Origin: Burkholderiales bacterium
Lineage (GTDB): Bacteria > Pseudomonadota > Gammaproteobacteria > Burkholderiales > SG8-39
Reading direction: 5' to 3'
Assembly (NCBI GenBank): GCA_035635495.1
Contig: DASQAW010000382.1
Location: 1-51,443, forward strand
Length of the DNA: 51,443 nt
In this document: positions 26,438 through 37,348 of the stretch, piece by piece
Layout of the letters: the number at the start of each line of letters is the position of its first letter
Position numbering within the stretch: position 1 is the first letter of the stretch
Notes under the pieces: generated by a model
Told to the model about the DNA's origin: nothing
The model's input: only the letters and a program-made list of their open reading frames with translations
Databases searched by the model: none
Translations under genes and position numbers: made by a program

Positions 26438-26761
26438 CTGGATGCGGCGCGCCGGCTGCGGCGCAAAGCCCAGTTCGAGCGCCTGCTGCACGAAGGCGAG
26501 CGGCGCGCGCTGGCGGGCTATACGTTCTTCCTGGAGCGACGAGCGGGCGGCCAGCCGCGACTGGGCATCCTGATCTCGCGCAAGCACGCCCCGGCCGCGG
26601 CCGACCGCAACCGCATCAAGCGATGTATTCGCGAGGCTTTTCGACTGGAGCAGGAAAACCTGGGCGCCCTTGATCTCCTGGTGCGACCCCCCTACGGCAT
26701 ACGGCCATCGCCGGACATGGTGGCTCGGGTGCGCGAGCTGCTGTACCGCGTAAGCCGATGA
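26438..26761 (+). CDS. rnpA: RNase P protein component (start unresolved; CTG 26438 proposed)
   Basis: [13 protein letters not shown]...[30 protein letters not shown] contains the RNR motif. The frame is open back to 26213, but no ATG, GTG, TTG, CTG, ATT, ATC or ATA occurs between the predicted rpmH transcription start and CTG 26438. The stop forms an ATGA overlap with yidD. Confidence 0.8.
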   Translation: MDAARRLRRKAQFERLLHEGERRALAGYTFFLERRAGGQPRLGILISRKHAPAAADRNRIKRCIREAFRLEQENLGALDLLVRPPYGIRPSPDMVARVRELLYRVSR

Positions 26762-26970
26762 GCGCGCGCACGTTGCGCGCCATGGTGCGCGCTTACCGCT
26801 GGTTCGTCAGCCCGCTACTGCCGCAGGCCTGCCGCTTTTACCCGAGCTGCTCGGATTACGCCGAGCAGGCGCTCGCACGCCACGGCGCCTTTCGCGGCGC
26901 CTGGCTCGCCGCGCGCCGCTTGTGCCGCTGCGGACCCTGGCATGCCGGCGGCTACGACCCGGTTCCATAA
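26758..26970 (+). CDS. yidD: Membrane protein insertion efficiency factor YidD
   Basis: 70 aa: [27 protein letters not shown]...[12 protein letters not shown]. Confidence 0.93.
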   Translation: MSARTLRAMVRAYRWFVSPLLPQACRFYPSCSDYAEQALARHGAFRGAWLAARRLCRCGPWHAGGYDPVP

Positions 26971-26973
26971 GCA

Positions 26974-28635
26974 ATGGATACCCAGCGCCTGATCCTTCTT
27001 TTCATCTTCGGCTTCTCGGTGCTCATGCTCTGGGAAGCCTGGGATCGGGAGCATCGGCCGAAGCCGCCGCCGGCTCCGGCTGCCGTCCACTCGGTGCCCG
27101 GCGTGCCGGCGCCGGCGGTGCCCGGAAAGGCGGCAGGCGCGCCTGCCGCATCATCGAGCGCGGTCCCTTCTGCGGCGACGCAGGAGGCGCGCGGCGAGAC
27201 GATTCGCCTGACGACCGATCTCGTGATCGCCGAGGTCGATACGCTCGGCGGCACGCTCAAGCGCTTGGAGCTGCTGCGCCATAAGGACTCGACTGATCCC
27301 AACAACAACTTCGTCCTGATCGGTCCGGCACATCACTACGAGGCGCAAAGCGGGTTGACGCGCGAGGGCGGGCCGAATCACCGCACGCTATGGCAAGCGA
27401 AGCCCGGGCCACGGACGCTCGCGGCGGGGGTCGACACGCTGGAGTTACGGCTGACGGCGCCAGGGCCCGATGGCCTCGATGTCGAAAAGATCTATCGCCT
27501 GCACCGCAACAGCTACCTCATCGATGTGGCGATGGAGCTGCGCAACCGCGGCAGCGCGCCGGTCAGCACGTACGCCTACTTCCAGCTCACGCACGACGGC
27601 AAGCCGGAAGGCAATCGCAATTCCGTCGCGGAGACTTTCGGCGCACAGAGCTTCACGGGCTTCGCCGTATACGGCGACGAGCACAAGTTCCAGAAGGTGG
27701 CGCCTTCGGATCTCGACAAAGGGAAGGGCGACTACGTCAAGGAGGCGAAGGACGGCTGGCTCGCCTTCATCCAGCACTACTTCGTTTCCGCATGGCTCAT
27801 CCAGGAAAACCAGCCGCGCGAGTACAAGATGGAGAAGCGCCAGGACGGCACCTATTCTGGCAATGCGGTCGTGCGCGTCGACGTCGCGCCGGGGGGAAAT
27901 CAGACCGTGACGGAACGGCTCTACGCCGGCCCGCAGGAGAAGCGCCGCCTGGAGGCGGCCGCGCCCGGCCTCGATCTGGTCGTCGACTACGGCTGGCTCG
28001 CGATCATCGCCTGGCCGCTCTTCTGGCTGCTGGAAAAGCTCCACGGGCTGACCGGTAACTGGGGCGTCGCGATCATCCTGCTCACGGTGCTGATCAAGCT
28101 CATCTTCTTCCCGCTGTCCGCGGCGAGCTACAGGTCGATGGCCAAGATGAAGCTGATCACGCCGCGCCTGACGAAGATCCGCGAGATGTACGCAAACGAT
28201 CGCCAGAAGATGAACCAGGCGATGATGGAGCTTTACAAGACGGAGAAGATCAATCCGCTTGGCGGCTGCTTTCCGATCGTGGTGCAGATTCCGGTGTTCA
28301 TCGCGCTCTACTGGGTGCTGCTGGCGGCGATCGAGCTGCGCCACGCGCCGTTCATGCTCTGGATCCACGACCTCGCCGCGCTCGATCCGTATTTCGTGCT
28401 GCCGATCCTGATGACCGTGACCATGGTGCTGCAGACGCGCATGAATCCCACGCCGCCCGACCCGGTGCAGGCGAAGGTGATGCAGTTCATGCCCTACGTC
28501 TTCAGCATCTTTTTCTTCTTCTTCCCCGCCGGCCTGGTGCTGTACTGGCTGGTCAACAACATCCTTTCCATCCTCCAGCAGTGGCAGATCCAGCGGATGT
28601 TCAACCGCGACAAGCCTGCCCATGGCAAGAGGTGA
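26974..28635 (+). CDS. yidC: Membrane protein insertase YidC
   Basis: 553 aa with an N-terminal TM, a periplasmic domain and the conserved C-terminal core ([39 protein letters not shown]). Confidence 0.96.
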   Translation: MDTQRLILLFIFGFSVLMLWEAWDREHRPKPPPAPAAVHSVPGVPAPAVPGKAAGAPAASSSAVPSAATQEARGETIRLTTDLVIAEVDTLGGTLKRLELLRHKDSTDPNNNFVLIGPAHHYEAQSGLTREGGPNHRTLWQAKPGPRTLAAGVDTLELRLTAPGPDGLDVEKIYRLHRNSYLIDVAMELRNRGSAPVSTYAYFQLTHDGKPEGNRNSVAETFGAQSFTGFAVYGDEHKFQKVAPSDLDKGKGDYVKEAKDGWLAFIQHYFVSAWLIQENQPREYKMEKRQDGTYSGNAVVRVDVAPGGNQTVTERLYAGPQEKRRLEAAAPGLDLVVDYGWLAIIAWPLFWLLEKLHGLTGNWGVAIILLTVLIKLIFFPLSAASYRSMAKMKLITPRLTKIREMYANDRQKMNQAMMELYKTEKINPLGGCFPIVVQIPVFIALYWVLLAAIELRHAPFMLWIHDLAALDPYFVLPILMTVTMVLQTRMNPTPPDPVQAKVMQFMPYVFSIFFFFFPAGLVLYWLVNNILSILQQWQIQRMFNRDKPAHGKR

Positions 28636-29944
28636 CGTAGCGCGCGACACGATCGCGGCGGTCGCCACGCCTGCCGGTCGCGGCGGCATCGGCATCGTGC
28701 GCGTTTCCGGACCGGCGGTAGCACGCATCGCGGAGCAGGTTGCGGGCAGTCTCCCGGCGCCGCGCGCCGCAAGCCTCGCCCGCTTCAAGGACGCTCGCGG
28801 GGACGCGATCGACGAGGGACTTGCCCTGTATTTCCCCGCGCCCCACTCGTATACGGGCGAGGATGTGCTGGAGCTCCACGGCCACGGCGGCCCGATGGTA
28901 ATGCAGATGCTGCTTGGCGCCTGCCTCGACGCCGGCGCACGTCTGGCCGAGCCGGGTGAATTCACCCGGCGCGCGTTTCTCGAAGGGCGGCTCGATCTCG
29001 CCCAGGCCGAAGCCGTAGCCGATCTCATCGACGCGGCTAGCCAGGAGGCGGCCCGCAGCGCGCTGCGCTCGTTGAGCGGCGAGTTTTCCGCTGCCATCGA
29101 AGCCTTGCGCAGCGCACTGGTCGAGCTGCGCGCGTTGACCGAGGCGCAACTCGATTTTCCCGAGGAGGAACTCGACACCCTGCATCGCGATGACGCGGCC
29201 CAACGGCTCTTGCGCGTGCGCGCAGCACTTGACGACGTCCTCTTGCGCAGCCGGCAGGGCAGCCTCCTGCGCAGCGGCGTGCACGCCGTGCTTGCCGGAG
29301 CTCCGAACGTGGGCAAGTCGAGCCTGCTCAACCGCCTCGCGGGCCAGGAACGCGCGATCGTCACGCCGATCCCGGGCACGACGCGCGATGCGGTGCGCGA
29401 GCCTATACATATCGAGGGCGTAGCCGTGGTGCTCGTGGATACGGCCGGCCTGCGCCCCTCAGTCGACGAGGTCGAGCGGCTCGGCATCGCGCGCACGCGC
29501 CAGGAGCTCGAGCGGGCCGACGTCGTGCTCGCCGTTCACGACGCGTCGGCGACAGCCGGGCCGCTCGAGAGCATTCCCGCCGGCGCGGCGCGAATCGACG
29601 TCTATAACAAAGTCGATCTACGCCCCGGCTACAGGCCGCCGTCTGGAGCCATCGCTGTCTCCGCCAAAAGCGGTATCGGCCTTGACGACCTGCGCCAGGC
29701 CATCCTGCGCGCCGCGGGCTGGTCCGCCACTGGCGAATCGGTGTTTCTGGCCCGGGAGCGGCATCTGCGCGCGCTGAGCCAGGCCGGTCAGCATCTCGCC
29801 CGCGCAGCCGCCGAGCAGGGGCGGTGGGAGCTCTTCGCCGAGGAGCTGCGCCTCGCGCATAACGAGCTGTCGAGCATCACAGGCGCATTCACGGCGGACG
29901 ATTTGCTCGGCGAGATCTTCGGCCGTTTCTGCATCGGCAAGTGA
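28622..29944 (+). CDS. mnmE: tRNA modification GTPase MnmE (TrmE)
   Basis: [23 protein letters not shown]-domain [12 protein letters not shown] and DTAGLR, and the C-terminal FCIGK motif. The start overlaps the yidC end by 14 nt. Confidence 0.96.
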   Translation: MARGDVARDTIAAVATPAGRGGIGIVRVSGPAVARIAEQVAGSLPAPRAASLARFKDARGDAIDEGLALYFPAPHSYTGEDVLELHGHGGPMVMQMLLGACLDAGARLAEPGEFTRRAFLEGRLDLAQAEAVADLIDAASQEAARSALRSLSGEFSAAIEALRSALVELRALTEAQLDFPEEELDTLHRDDAAQRLLRVRAALDDVLLRSRQGSLLRSGVHAVLAGAPNVGKSSLLNRLAGQERAIVTPIPGTTRDAVREPIHIEGVAVVLVDTAGLRPSVDEVERLGIARTRQELERADVVLAVHDASATAGPLESIPAGAARIDVYNKVDLRPGYRPPSGAIAVSAKSGIGLDDLRQAILRAAGWSATGESVFLARERHLRALSQAGQHLARAAAEQGRWELFAEELRLAHNELSSITGAFTADDLLGEIFGRFCIGK

Positions 29945-30068
29945 CGATTTCGACGCGAGCAAACTTTTGATTTAACTGAGGTTATCCAAACGGCGGAGCG
30001 ATTCGTCGAAGCGTCGATGGCGACCCCGGTGCTAGAATCCGGAGCCTGATCGAACCCCAATCCCGCCG

Positions 30069-30090
30069 GCCCAGCATCGCTGGGCTTTTG
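30069..30090 (+). terminator. Rho-independent terminator-like hairpin between mnmE and pckG
   Basis: GCCCAGC (30069-30075) / GCTGGGC (30079-30085), 3-nt loop, then TTTTGCCTTTTT. It lies 125 nt after the mnmE stop and 21 nt before the pckG ATG. Confidence 0.6.
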
Positions 30091-30110
30091 CCTTTTTGGA
30101 GTTAGCGAGA

Positions 30111-31958
30111 ATGAACGCTCCTGCAACAGGCCCGACCGACCAATCGAGCGCACCGGCCTGGGTGCGCCACCCGGGCCTGCGGCAGTGGGTGTCCGAAATC
30201 GCGCAGCTCACGAAGCCGGAGCGCATCGTGTGGTGCGACGGCTCGGACGCCGAATACCGGCGGCTTTGCGATGAGCTCGCCGCCAAGGGCACGTTCATCG
30301 CGCTGAACCCGAAGCTCCGGCCTGGCTCCTTCCTCGCCCGCTCGCACCCAAGCGATGTCGCGCGCATGGAAGAGCGCACCTTCATTTGCAGCCGCGCGAA
30401 GGAGGACGCCGGTCCCACGAACAACTGGATCGACCCGCGCGAGATGCGCCAGACGCTCGATCGGCTGTTCGCCGGCTGCATGGGGGGCCGCACGATGTAT
30501 GTCGTGCCTTTCTCGATGGGACCGATCGGCTCGCACATCGCACAGGTCGGCGTGGAGATCACCGATTCGCCCTATGTGGCGGCGAGCATGCGGATCATGA
30601 CGCGCATGGGGCGCGCAGTGACCGACTGGCTCGGCGACAACGGCAAGTTCGTGCCGTGCGTGCACTCCGTCGGCGCGCCGCTCAAGCCCGGCGAGCAGGA
30701 CGTCGCATGGCCGTGCAACGAGGAGGAGAAATGGATCGTCCATTTCCCGGAGACGCGCGAGATCTGGTCGTTCGGCTCCGGCTACGGCGGCAATGCGCTC
30801 CTCGGCAAGAAGTGCCTCGCCCTGCGCATCGCGTCGGTGATGGCGCGCGACGAGGGCTGGCTCGCCGAGCACATGCTGATCCTCGGGCTGCAGTCGCCTT
30901 CGGGTGAGACGAGCTACGTCGCCGCGGCGTTTCCTTCAGCCTGCGGCAAAACCAATCTCGCGATGCTCATTCCGCCCGCCGCGCTCAAAGGCTGGAAGGT
31001 GACCACGATCGGCGAGGACATCGCGTGGATCAAGCCCGGCGCCGACGGCCGCTTCTACGCCATCAATCCGGAATACGGCCTGTTCGGCGTGGCGCCCGGT
31101 ACTTCCGAGCAGACGAATCCGAACGCGATGCGGATGCTGCGCGAGAACGTGGTCTTCACCAACGTCGCCATGACACCCGAGGGCGATGTGTGGTGGGAAG
31201 GCATGACCGATGAGGCGCCCAAGAAGCTGGTCGACTGGCAGGGCAAGCCCTGGACGCCAGAGGACGGCAAGCAAGGGCGGCTCGCTGCGCATCCGAACGC
31301 CCGCTTCACCGTGGCCGCAACGCAATGCCCGTCAATGGATCCGAAGTGGGAAGACCCGCAGGGCGTGCCGATCGCCGCGTTCCTCTTCGGCGGCCGCCGC
31401 TCCTCCACCGTGCCGCTGATCGTCGAAGCGCCAAGCTGGGAAGAGGGCGTGTACATGGCAGCCACGCTCGGCTCGGAGACGACCGCGGCGATCACCGGCA
31501 AGGTCGGTGTCGTACGCCGCGATCCCATGGCGATGCTTGCCTTCTGCGGCTACAACATGGGCGACTACTTCGATCACTGGCTGAAGATCGGGCGCGCGGT
31601 GAAGCAGCCGCCGCGCATCTTCCGCGTCAACTGGTTCCGCCGCGACGCGCAAGGCAAATTCATCTGGCCGGGGTTCGGCGAAAATATGCGCGTCTTGCAG
31701 TGGGTCGTAGAGCGCTGCCAAGGCCGCGCCCGCGGCGTGGAGACGCCGCTCGGCACCATGCCGCGCTTCGAGGATCTCAACTGGCAAGGGCTCGACAAGG
31801 TCTCGCCGGCGCAGTACGCCGAGCTCAGCCGCATCGACCAAGCGGCATGGCAGGATGAGCTGAAGTCGCACGACGAGCTCTTTGGAAAGCTCGGTGCTCA
31901 CCTGCCGGCGGCGCTCGAAGCGCGCCGCGGGCGCATGCACGAGAAGCTCGCCGCCTAG
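30111..31958 (+). CDS. pckG: Phosphoenolpyruvate carboxykinase (GTP)
   Basis: The GTP-type PEPCK sequence includes FPSACGKTN (kinase-1a P-loop), and also IGEDIAWI and NPNARF. I chose ATG 30111, with GGAG at 30099-30102, over the TTG at 30096. Confidence 0.95.
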   Translation: MNAPATGPTDQSSAPAWVRHPGLRQWVSEIAQLTKPERIVWCDGSDAEYRRLCDELAAKGTFIALNPKLRPGSFLARSHPSDVARMEERTFICSRAKEDAGPTNNWIDPREMRQTLDRLFAGCMGGRTMYVVPFSMGPIGSHIAQVGVEITDSPYVAASMRIMTRMGRAVTDWLGDNGKFVPCVHSVGAPLKPGEQDVAWPCNEEEKWIVHFPETREIWSFGSGYGGNALLGKKCLALRIASVMARDEGWLAEHMLILGLQSPSGETSYVAAAFPSACGKTNLAMLIPPAALKGWKVTTIGEDIAWIKPGADGRFYAINPEYGLFGVAPGTSEQTNPNAMRMLRENVVFTNVAMTPEGDVWWEGMTDEAPKKLVDWQGKPWTPEDGKQGRLAAHPNARFTVAATQCPSMDPKWEDPQGVPIAAFLFGGRRSSTVPLIVEAPSWEEGVYMAATLGSETTAAITGKVGVVRRDPMAMLAFCGYNMGDYFDHWLKIGRAVKQPPRIFRVNWFRRDAQGKFIWPGFGENMRVLQWVVERCQGRARGVETPLGTMPRFEDLNWQGLDKVSPAQYAELSRIDQAAWQDELKSHDELFGKLGAHLPAALEARRGRMHEKLAA

Positions 31959-33133
31959 CGGCGCGACAGCCAGAAAGCGCCCGCCGCAGCCGTCAGCGCT
32001 GCCAGGGCCGCGGCAGCGAATGCCGCCGGCGAGTGCCATGCTTCCGCGGCAACCCCACCAAGCGCCATGCCCAATCCAACGCCGGCTAGCAGCGCGCTCG
32101 TGGACCAAGTGAACGCCTCCGTGGTGTGCTCCGGCTTCGCCGTCTTGGCGACGAGCATCGACTGAATGATGAGCGCAGGCGCCATCACCACGCCTGCAAG
32201 AGTGCAGAGCGCCGCGAAGGCCGGCACTGACCACGGTGCTGCGAGAAGGAGCAGGCCCGCTCCCATGACCGCGAGCGTGAAGCTGAATTGGCGCAGCAGC
32301 GGCGCGTGCCGCTGGGCGCTGCCGTAGGCGAGGCCGCCGAGGGCGCTGCCAACGCTCATCAGGCCGAGAAACACGCCGGCAAGCGCCGGGCGCCCGATCT
32401 CTGCGGCGTAGGCGGCAGCACCCAACTCGGTCAGGCCGAACGCCATCGCGTAGCACACCACGATCGCGATCAGACCGACGAAAGCCTTCTGTGCAAGCGG
32501 CCCGAGCAGGGTGGCCTGCGTGCGCGGTTCGATCCTCCATTGGCGAAGTGCGGCTGAGCGCAGGAAAAGAAATACGCCGACGAATCCGCTGGCGGCGGCG
32601 AACCATACGGCGGCTCTGGCCGAGCTGAATGCGACGAACAGCGAGACGAGCAGGGGACCGACAATGAACATGGTCTCGATCAGGACCGAATCGAGCGAGT
32701 ACGCGGTCGCGAGTGCCGGGTCGTCGCCGAAGCGTTGTCGCAGGTAAGTGCGCACGCAAACCGTGATGGGCGGAAAGCACGCGCCGGCAGCCGCCGCGCA
32801 CGCGAATATCGCAAAGGCCGATGCGCCCATCGAGACCGCCGCGAGCAGCGCGGCGAGCGATGCAGGAAAAAGAAGGGCAGCGCCGGTCAGCATGGCGTGC
32901 GGGCCATAGCGATCGATCACTCGGCCGATCGCCGGCGCGACGCAGGCAAGTCCGGCGACATAGCAGCCGGTCGCTGCGCCCCCGGTCGCGAAGGACCCGC
33001 TCGCTCCTTGCACGAGCAGCAGGATCGCGAGCCCGGTCATGCCGATAGGCAAGCGGCCGATAATGGTTGCGACAAAGAGGTATCGCAGTTCGCGCGACGC
33101 AAGCACGCCCCGGTACGCGGCGAAAGAAATCAT
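31955..33133 (-). CDS. MFS transporter
   Basis: 392-aa, 12-TM-like hydrophobic profile ([25 protein letters not shown]). Its stop shares CTAG (31955-31958) with the pckG stop. Confidence 0.8.
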   Translation of the reverse strand: MISFAAYRGVLASRELRYLFVATIIGRLPIGMTGLAILLLVQGASGSFATGGAATGCYVAGLACVAPAIGRVIDRYGPHAMLTGAALLFPASLAALLAAVSMGASAFAIFACAAAAGACFPPITVCVRTYLRQRFGDDPALATAYSLDSVLIETMFIVGPLLVSLFVAFSSARAAVWFAAASGFVGVFLFLRSAALRQWRIEPRTQATLLGPLAQKAFVGLIAIVVCYAMAFGLTELGAAAYAAEIGRPALAGVFLGLMSVGSALGGLAYGSAQRHAPLLRQFSFTLAVMGAGLLLLAAPWSVPAFAALCTLAGVVMAPALIIQSMLVAKTAKPEHTTEAFTWSTSALLAGVGLGMALGGVAAEAWHSPAAFAAAALAALTAAAGAFWLSRR

Positions 33134-33159
33134 GGACTGCTGCGGTGCAGCAAAGACGT

Positions 33160-33175
33160 CGTTCCACGTGAAACA
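33160..33175. promoter_or_regulatory. parS centromere-like site
   Basis: CGTTCCACGTGAAACA matches 15 of 16 positions of the chromosomal parS consensus TGTTNCACGTGAAACA. It lies in the 80-nt MFS/mnmG spacer, 2.5 kb upstream of parAB. Confidence 0.65.
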
Positions 33176-33213
33176 TCGGGCCGGCGGCGACGCGCGCAGC
33201 GCGCTCGCGTAAA

Positions 33214-35061
33214 ATGCGCCACCCCATGAAGTTCCCCGAGGATTTCGACGTCATCGTCGTCGGCGGCGGTCACGCCGGCACCGAAGCTGCGCTTGCTGCA
33301 GCGCGGATGGGGCAGCGCACGCTCCTGCTCACGCACAGTATCGAGACGCTGGGCCAGATGTCGTGCAACCCATCGATTGGCGGCATCGGCAAGGGCCACT
33401 TGGTCAAGGAAGTCGACGCGCTGGGCGGCGCCATGGCCCTCGCCACGGACGAGGCCGGCATCCAGTTTCGCATCCTGAACGCGTCCAAAGGGCCAGCCGT
33501 CCGAGCAACCCGTGCTCAAGCGGATCGGGTGCTCTACCGGCAGGCCATCCGCCGCCGCCTGGAGACGCAGGCCAACCTCCAGCTTTTCCAGCAGGCGGTA
33601 GACGATGTCCTCGTCGAAGGCGAGCGAGTAGTGGGTGTGCGGACCCAGCTGGGCGTCGAGTTTCGCGCCCGCGCCGTGGTGCTGACGACCGGGACCTTTC
33701 TCGCCGGCCTGATCCATGTCGGCCTGAAAAGCCATGCCGCTGGGCGCGCGGGCGAGCCCGCAGCGACGACGCTGGCAGCGCGCCTGCGCGAGTTGAAGCT
33801 CCCCGTCGGCCGGCTCAAGACCGGCACCCCGCCGCGCATCGACCGCCGCAGCGTGGACTTCGGCGTGATGGAAGTGCAGCCCGGCGATTCGCCCGAGCCC
33901 GTGTTTTCCTTTCTCGGCGAGCGCGGCATGCACCCCGAGCAGCTGCCGTGCTGGATCACGCACACCAACGAGCGCACGCACGAGATCATCCGTGCTGCCC
34001 TCCACCGCTCGCCCATGTTCACCGGCGTCATCCAGGGCATCGGCCCGCGCTACTGCCCGTCGATCGAGGACAAGATTCACCGGTTTGCCGGCAAGGCGAG
34101 CCATCAGATTTTTCTGGAGCCCGAGAGCCTGTCCACGCACGAGCTCTATCCGAACGGCATTTCGACGAGCTTGCCCTTCGACGTGCAGCTCGAGCTGGTC
34201 CACTCGATCCGCGGTCTGGAGAAAGCGCACCTTGTGCGGCCCGGCTACGCGATCGAGTACGACTATTTCGATCCGCGAAACCTGCACGCCTCGCTCGAGA
34301 CGAAGTCGCTGCGAGGCCTCTACTTCGCCGGCCAGATCAACGGTACGACGGGTTATGAGGAAGCCGCGGCACAAGGGATTCTCGCCGGGTTGAACGCTGC
34401 CTTGGGCGCCAAGGGCGAGGCCCCGTGGTGGCCTGGGCGGGAGGAGGCCTACCTCGGCGTCCTGGTCGACGACTTGGTGACCTGTGGCGTCTCGGAGCCC
34501 TATCGCATGTTCACCAGCCGCGCGGAGTATCGCCTGCAGCTGCGCGAGGACAATGCCGACCTCCGGCTGACCGAGGCTGGGCGCCGGCTGAGACTTGTGG
34601 ACGACCATCGCTGGGACGTCTTCAACCGCAAGCGCGATGCCATTGAACGGGAAAAGCAGCGGTTGGAGAATACGTTTGTGAGCACAGGCTTTCAGAAAAA
34701 GCAAAGCGCTATCGATGTTTTGCGCAGGCCTGAGGTCACCTACGCGAGTCTGGTACCGGAGCCGTTAGTTGCGCCGGAGGTTGCCGCCCAGGTCGAGATC
34801 CAGGCGAAGTACGAAGGCTATATCGAGCGCCAAAAGCGCGAAGTGGAGCGTCGGCGCGAGTTCGAATCGCTGAGCCTTCCCGGTGACTTTGACTACCGGC
34901 AGGTGCGCGGGCTATCGGTCGAGGCACAGCAGAAGCTCAACCAGCACAAACCGGAGACGGTGGGCCAGGCTTCGCGCATCTCGGGAATCACGCCTGCCAC
35001 GATCTCGCTTTTGCTCGTGCACTTGAAGAGGGGCTTGCAGCCGTCCAAGAAAACGGCATGA
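33214..35061 (+). CDS. mnmG: tRNA uridine 5-carboxymethylaminomethyl modification enzyme MnmG (GidA)
   Basis: [39 protein letters not shown] and [16 protein letters not shown]. An alternative start is ATG 33226 (MKFPEDF). Confidence 0.96.
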   Translation: MRHPMKFPEDFDVIVVGGGHAGTEAALAAARMGQRTLLLTHSIETLGQMSCNPSIGGIGKGHLVKEVDALGGAMALATDEAGIQFRILNASKGPAVRATRAQADRVLYRQAIRRRLETQANLQLFQQAVDDVLVEGERVVGVRTQLGVEFRARAVVLTTGTFLAGLIHVGLKSHAAGRAGEPAATTLAARLRELKLPVGRLKTGTPPRIDRRSVDFGVMEVQPGDSPEPVFSFLGERGMHPEQLPCWITHTNERTHEIIRAALHRSPMFTGVIQGIGPRYCPSIEDKIHRFAGKASHQIFLEPESLSTHELYPNGISTSLPFDVQLELVHSIRGLEKAHLVRPGYAIEYDYFDPRNLHASLETKSLRGLYFAGQINGTTGYEEAAAQGILAGLNAALGAKGEAPWWPGREEAYLGVLVDDLVTCGVSEPYRMFTSRAEYRLQLREDNADLRLTEAGRRLRLVDDHRWDVFNRKRDAIEREKQRLENTFVSTGFQKKQSAIDVLRRPEVTYASLVPEPLVAPEVAAQVEIQAKYEGYIERQKREVERRREFESLSLPGDFDYRQVRGLSVEAQQKLNQHKPETVGQASRISGITPATISLLLVHLKRGLQPSKKTA

Positions 35062-35693
35062 CGCCGCATGCCGCGCTCGAGCGCGGCCTGGAAGAACTCG
35101 GGCTCGCGTTGCCGGCGGGCACCCGCGATCGATTGATCGCCTATGTGGCGCTGCTCGCCAAATGGAATCGCAGCTACAACCTGACCGCAATCCGCGAACC
35201 GCATGCCATGGTGAGCCACCACCTGCTTGATTCGCTCGCCGTGCTGCCGCATCTGCCGCTGCCGTCCGCAGCGCGCCTCGCCGACGTGGGCAGCGGTGCC
35301 GGCGTGCCGGGAATTCCTCTCGCGCTCGCTCGACCGCAATGGCATGTCGCGCTGGTCGAATCGAATCAGAAGAAGGCGGCATTTTTGCGGCAGGCGGCGA
35401 TCGAGCTCGCGTTGGCGAACGTCGAGGTGGTCGAAGGCCGCGCCGAGGCATGGCAGCCCGAGCCGCGCTTCACGCTGGTCATCTCGCGAGCGTTTGCCGA
35501 GCTCGCTGCATTCGTCGCGGCTTGCCGTCATCTGCTCGCGCCCGCAGGAGTACTGGCGGCGATGAAGGGCAAGAAGCCGGAAGCGGAGCTCAAACGCCTT
35601 CCGCCCGATGTGCGCTGCAAGTCCATCGTGCGCCTGCGCACGCCGTTCGTCGACGCCGAGCGCCACCTCGTGCTTTGCGAGTTGCCGGCGTGA
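35058..35693 (+). CDS. rsmG: 16S rRNA (guanine527-N7)-methyltransferase RsmG (GidB)
   Basis: 211 aa: [20 protein letters not shown] and [18 protein letters not shown] overlap with the mnmG stop. Confidence 0.94.
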   Translation: MTPHAALERGLEELGLALPAGTRDRLIAYVALLAKWNRSYNLTAIREPHAMVSHHLLDSLAVLPHLPLPSAARLADVGSGAGVPGIPLALARPQWHVALVESNQKKAAFLRQAAIELALANVEVVEGRAEAWQPEPRFTLVISRAFAELAAFVAACRHLLAPAGVLAAMKGKKPEAELKRLPPDVRCKSIVRLRTPFVDAERHLVLCELPA

Positions 35694-36457
35694 GCTCGAC
35701 GCAGGTGCTTGCCGTAGTCAACCAGAAGGGCGGGGTCGGCAAGACCACCACCAGCGTGAATCTCGCCGCCGCGCTGGCGCAATCGGGGCGCCGCGTGCTG
35801 CTGGTCGATCTCGATCCGCAGGGCAATGCGACGATGGGCAGCGGGGTCGACAAGCGCAATACGCCGCGCACGGTGTATCACGTGCTGCTCGGCCTCTCCG
35901 AGCTGGCCGCCGTGCGCACGCGCGCCGAGCGCGGCGGCTTCGACCTGCTGCCCGCGAATCGCGAGCTGGCCGGCGCGGAGGTGGAACTGGTCGAGCTGCC
36001 GGCGCGCGAAGCGCGGCTGAAGAACGCGCTCGACCGCGTGCTGCAGGAATACGACTTCGTGCTGATCGACTGCCCGCCTTCGCTCAGCCTGCTCACCGTC
36101 AATGCCCTGACCGCCGCGCAGCGCGTGCTGATCCCGATGCAATGCGAGTATTACGCGCTCGAGGGCCTTTCCGACCTGGTGGCGACGATCAAGCGCGTGC
36201 GGGCGCATCTCAATCCGCAGCTTGAGATCGCGGGACTGCTGCGCACGATGTACGACCCGAGGAATACGCTTTCGCAGCAGGTGTCGCAGCAGCTCGAGGC
36301 GCACTTCGGCGACAAGGTCTACCGCACGCTCGTGCCGCGCAACGTGCGGCTCGCCGAAGCGCCGAGCTACGGCGTGCCGGCGGTCCTGTGGGATGCGAGT
36401 TCGAAAGGCGCCCAGGCCTACGTCGCGCTGGCCGGCGAGATCATGGACCGCGCATGA
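35690..36457 (+). CDS. parA: Chromosome partitioning ATPase ParA (Soj)
   Basis: VLAVVNQKGGVGKTTTSVNLAAAL is the deviant Walker A. The GTG start overlaps the rsmG TGA. This is the in-frame inner part of track ORF 35339..36457. Confidence 0.94.
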   Translation: MSSTQVLAVVNQKGGVGKTTTSVNLAAALAQSGRRVLLVDLDPQGNATMGSGVDKRNTPRTVYHVLLGLSELAAVRTRAERGGFDLLPANRELAGAEVELVELPAREARLKNALDRVLQEYDFVLIDCPPSLSLLTVNALTAAQRVLIPMQCEYYALEGLSDLVATIKRVRAHLNPQLEIAGLLRTMYDPRNTLSQQVSQQLEAHFGDKVYRTLVPRNVRLAEAPSYGVPAVLWDASSKGAQAYVALAGEIMDRA

Positions 36458-36464
36458 AAGCCCC

Positions 36465-37295
36465 ATGAGACCGAAGGGACTCGGCCGGGGACTCGACGCG
36501 CTGCTCGGCGGCGATGAGGCGCCGCGCGAGTCGCTCGCGACCATCGAAACCGCGCGCATTCGACCCGGGCGCTACCAGCCGCGCACGCGCATGGACGAGC
36601 AGGCGCTCACCGAGCTCGCCCAGTCGATCCGCGCGCAGGGCCTGCTGCAGCCCGTGGTGGTGCGCCCGGTCGACGGCGGTTACGAACTGATCGCCGGCGA
36701 ACGCCGCTGGCGCGCCGCGCAGATGGCCGGCCTCGCGCAGGTGCCTGCCGTGGTGCGCGAGGTGCCCGACGATGCGGCGCTGGTGATGGCGCTGATCGAG
36801 AACATCCAGCGCGAAGACCTGAATCCGATGGAAGAGGCGGCGGGCGTGCAGCGCCTGATCGACGAATTCAAGCTGACGCACGAGCAGGCGGCCGACGCGG
36901 TCGGGCGCTCGCGCAGCGCGACCACCAATCTCCTGCGCCTGCTCAAGCTCGCCCGCCCGGTGCAGGACATGCTCATGCGCGGGGCGATCGAGATGGGGCA
37001 TGCGCGCGCGCTGCTCGCGCTGGACGCGGCCCGGCAGATCGAGATCGGCACGCGCATCAGCGCGAAGCAGCTTTCCGTGCGCGAGGCCGAGGCGCTGGTC
37101 CAGCGCCTGCTGCGCTCGCCGGCAGCGCGCCGCCGCAAGAAGACCGACCGGGACCTGGCGCGGCTCGAGGAGGAGCTGTCCGAGCGGCTCGGCACCACGG
37201 TCGAGATCCGAACCGCGCGCAAGGGCCGCGGCACGCTCGTCCTGCACTACTCGAACCTGGATCATCTCGAGCAGCTGCTGAAGCGCTTGAAATGA
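36465..37295 (+). CDS. parB: Chromosome partitioning protein ParB (Spo0J)
   Basis: MRPKGLGRGLDALLGG, the ParB box GERRWRAAQMAGL and the HTH region LTHEQAADAVGRSRSATTNLLRL. ATG 36465 lies inside track ORF 36222..37295. Confidence 0.94.
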   Translation: MRPKGLGRGLDALLGGDEAPRESLATIETARIRPGRYQPRTRMDEQALTELAQSIRAQGLLQPVVVRPVDGGYELIAGERRWRAAQMAGLAQVPAVVREVPDDAALVMALIENIQREDLNPMEEAAGVQRLIDEFKLTHEQAADAVGRSRSATTNLLRLLKLARPVQDMLMRGAIEMGHARALLALDAARQIEIGTRISAKQLSVREAEALVQRLLRSPAARRRKKTDRDLARLEEELSERLGTTVEIRTARKGRGTLVLHYSNLDHLEQLLKRLK

Positions 37296-37348
37296 TTGAG
37301 TTCAGATATAATTCCGCGGCTTTGCGGGGTGCGAGGAATTCCAGCGCC

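Noticed and set aside
37292-37348. Longer AtpI starting at ATG 37292 (MIEFRYNSAALRGARNSSA...).
   Set aside because: That ATG overlaps the parB stop and has no ribosome-binding site, whereas ATG 37349 has GAGGAA upstream. I kept the shorter call, but with low start confidence.
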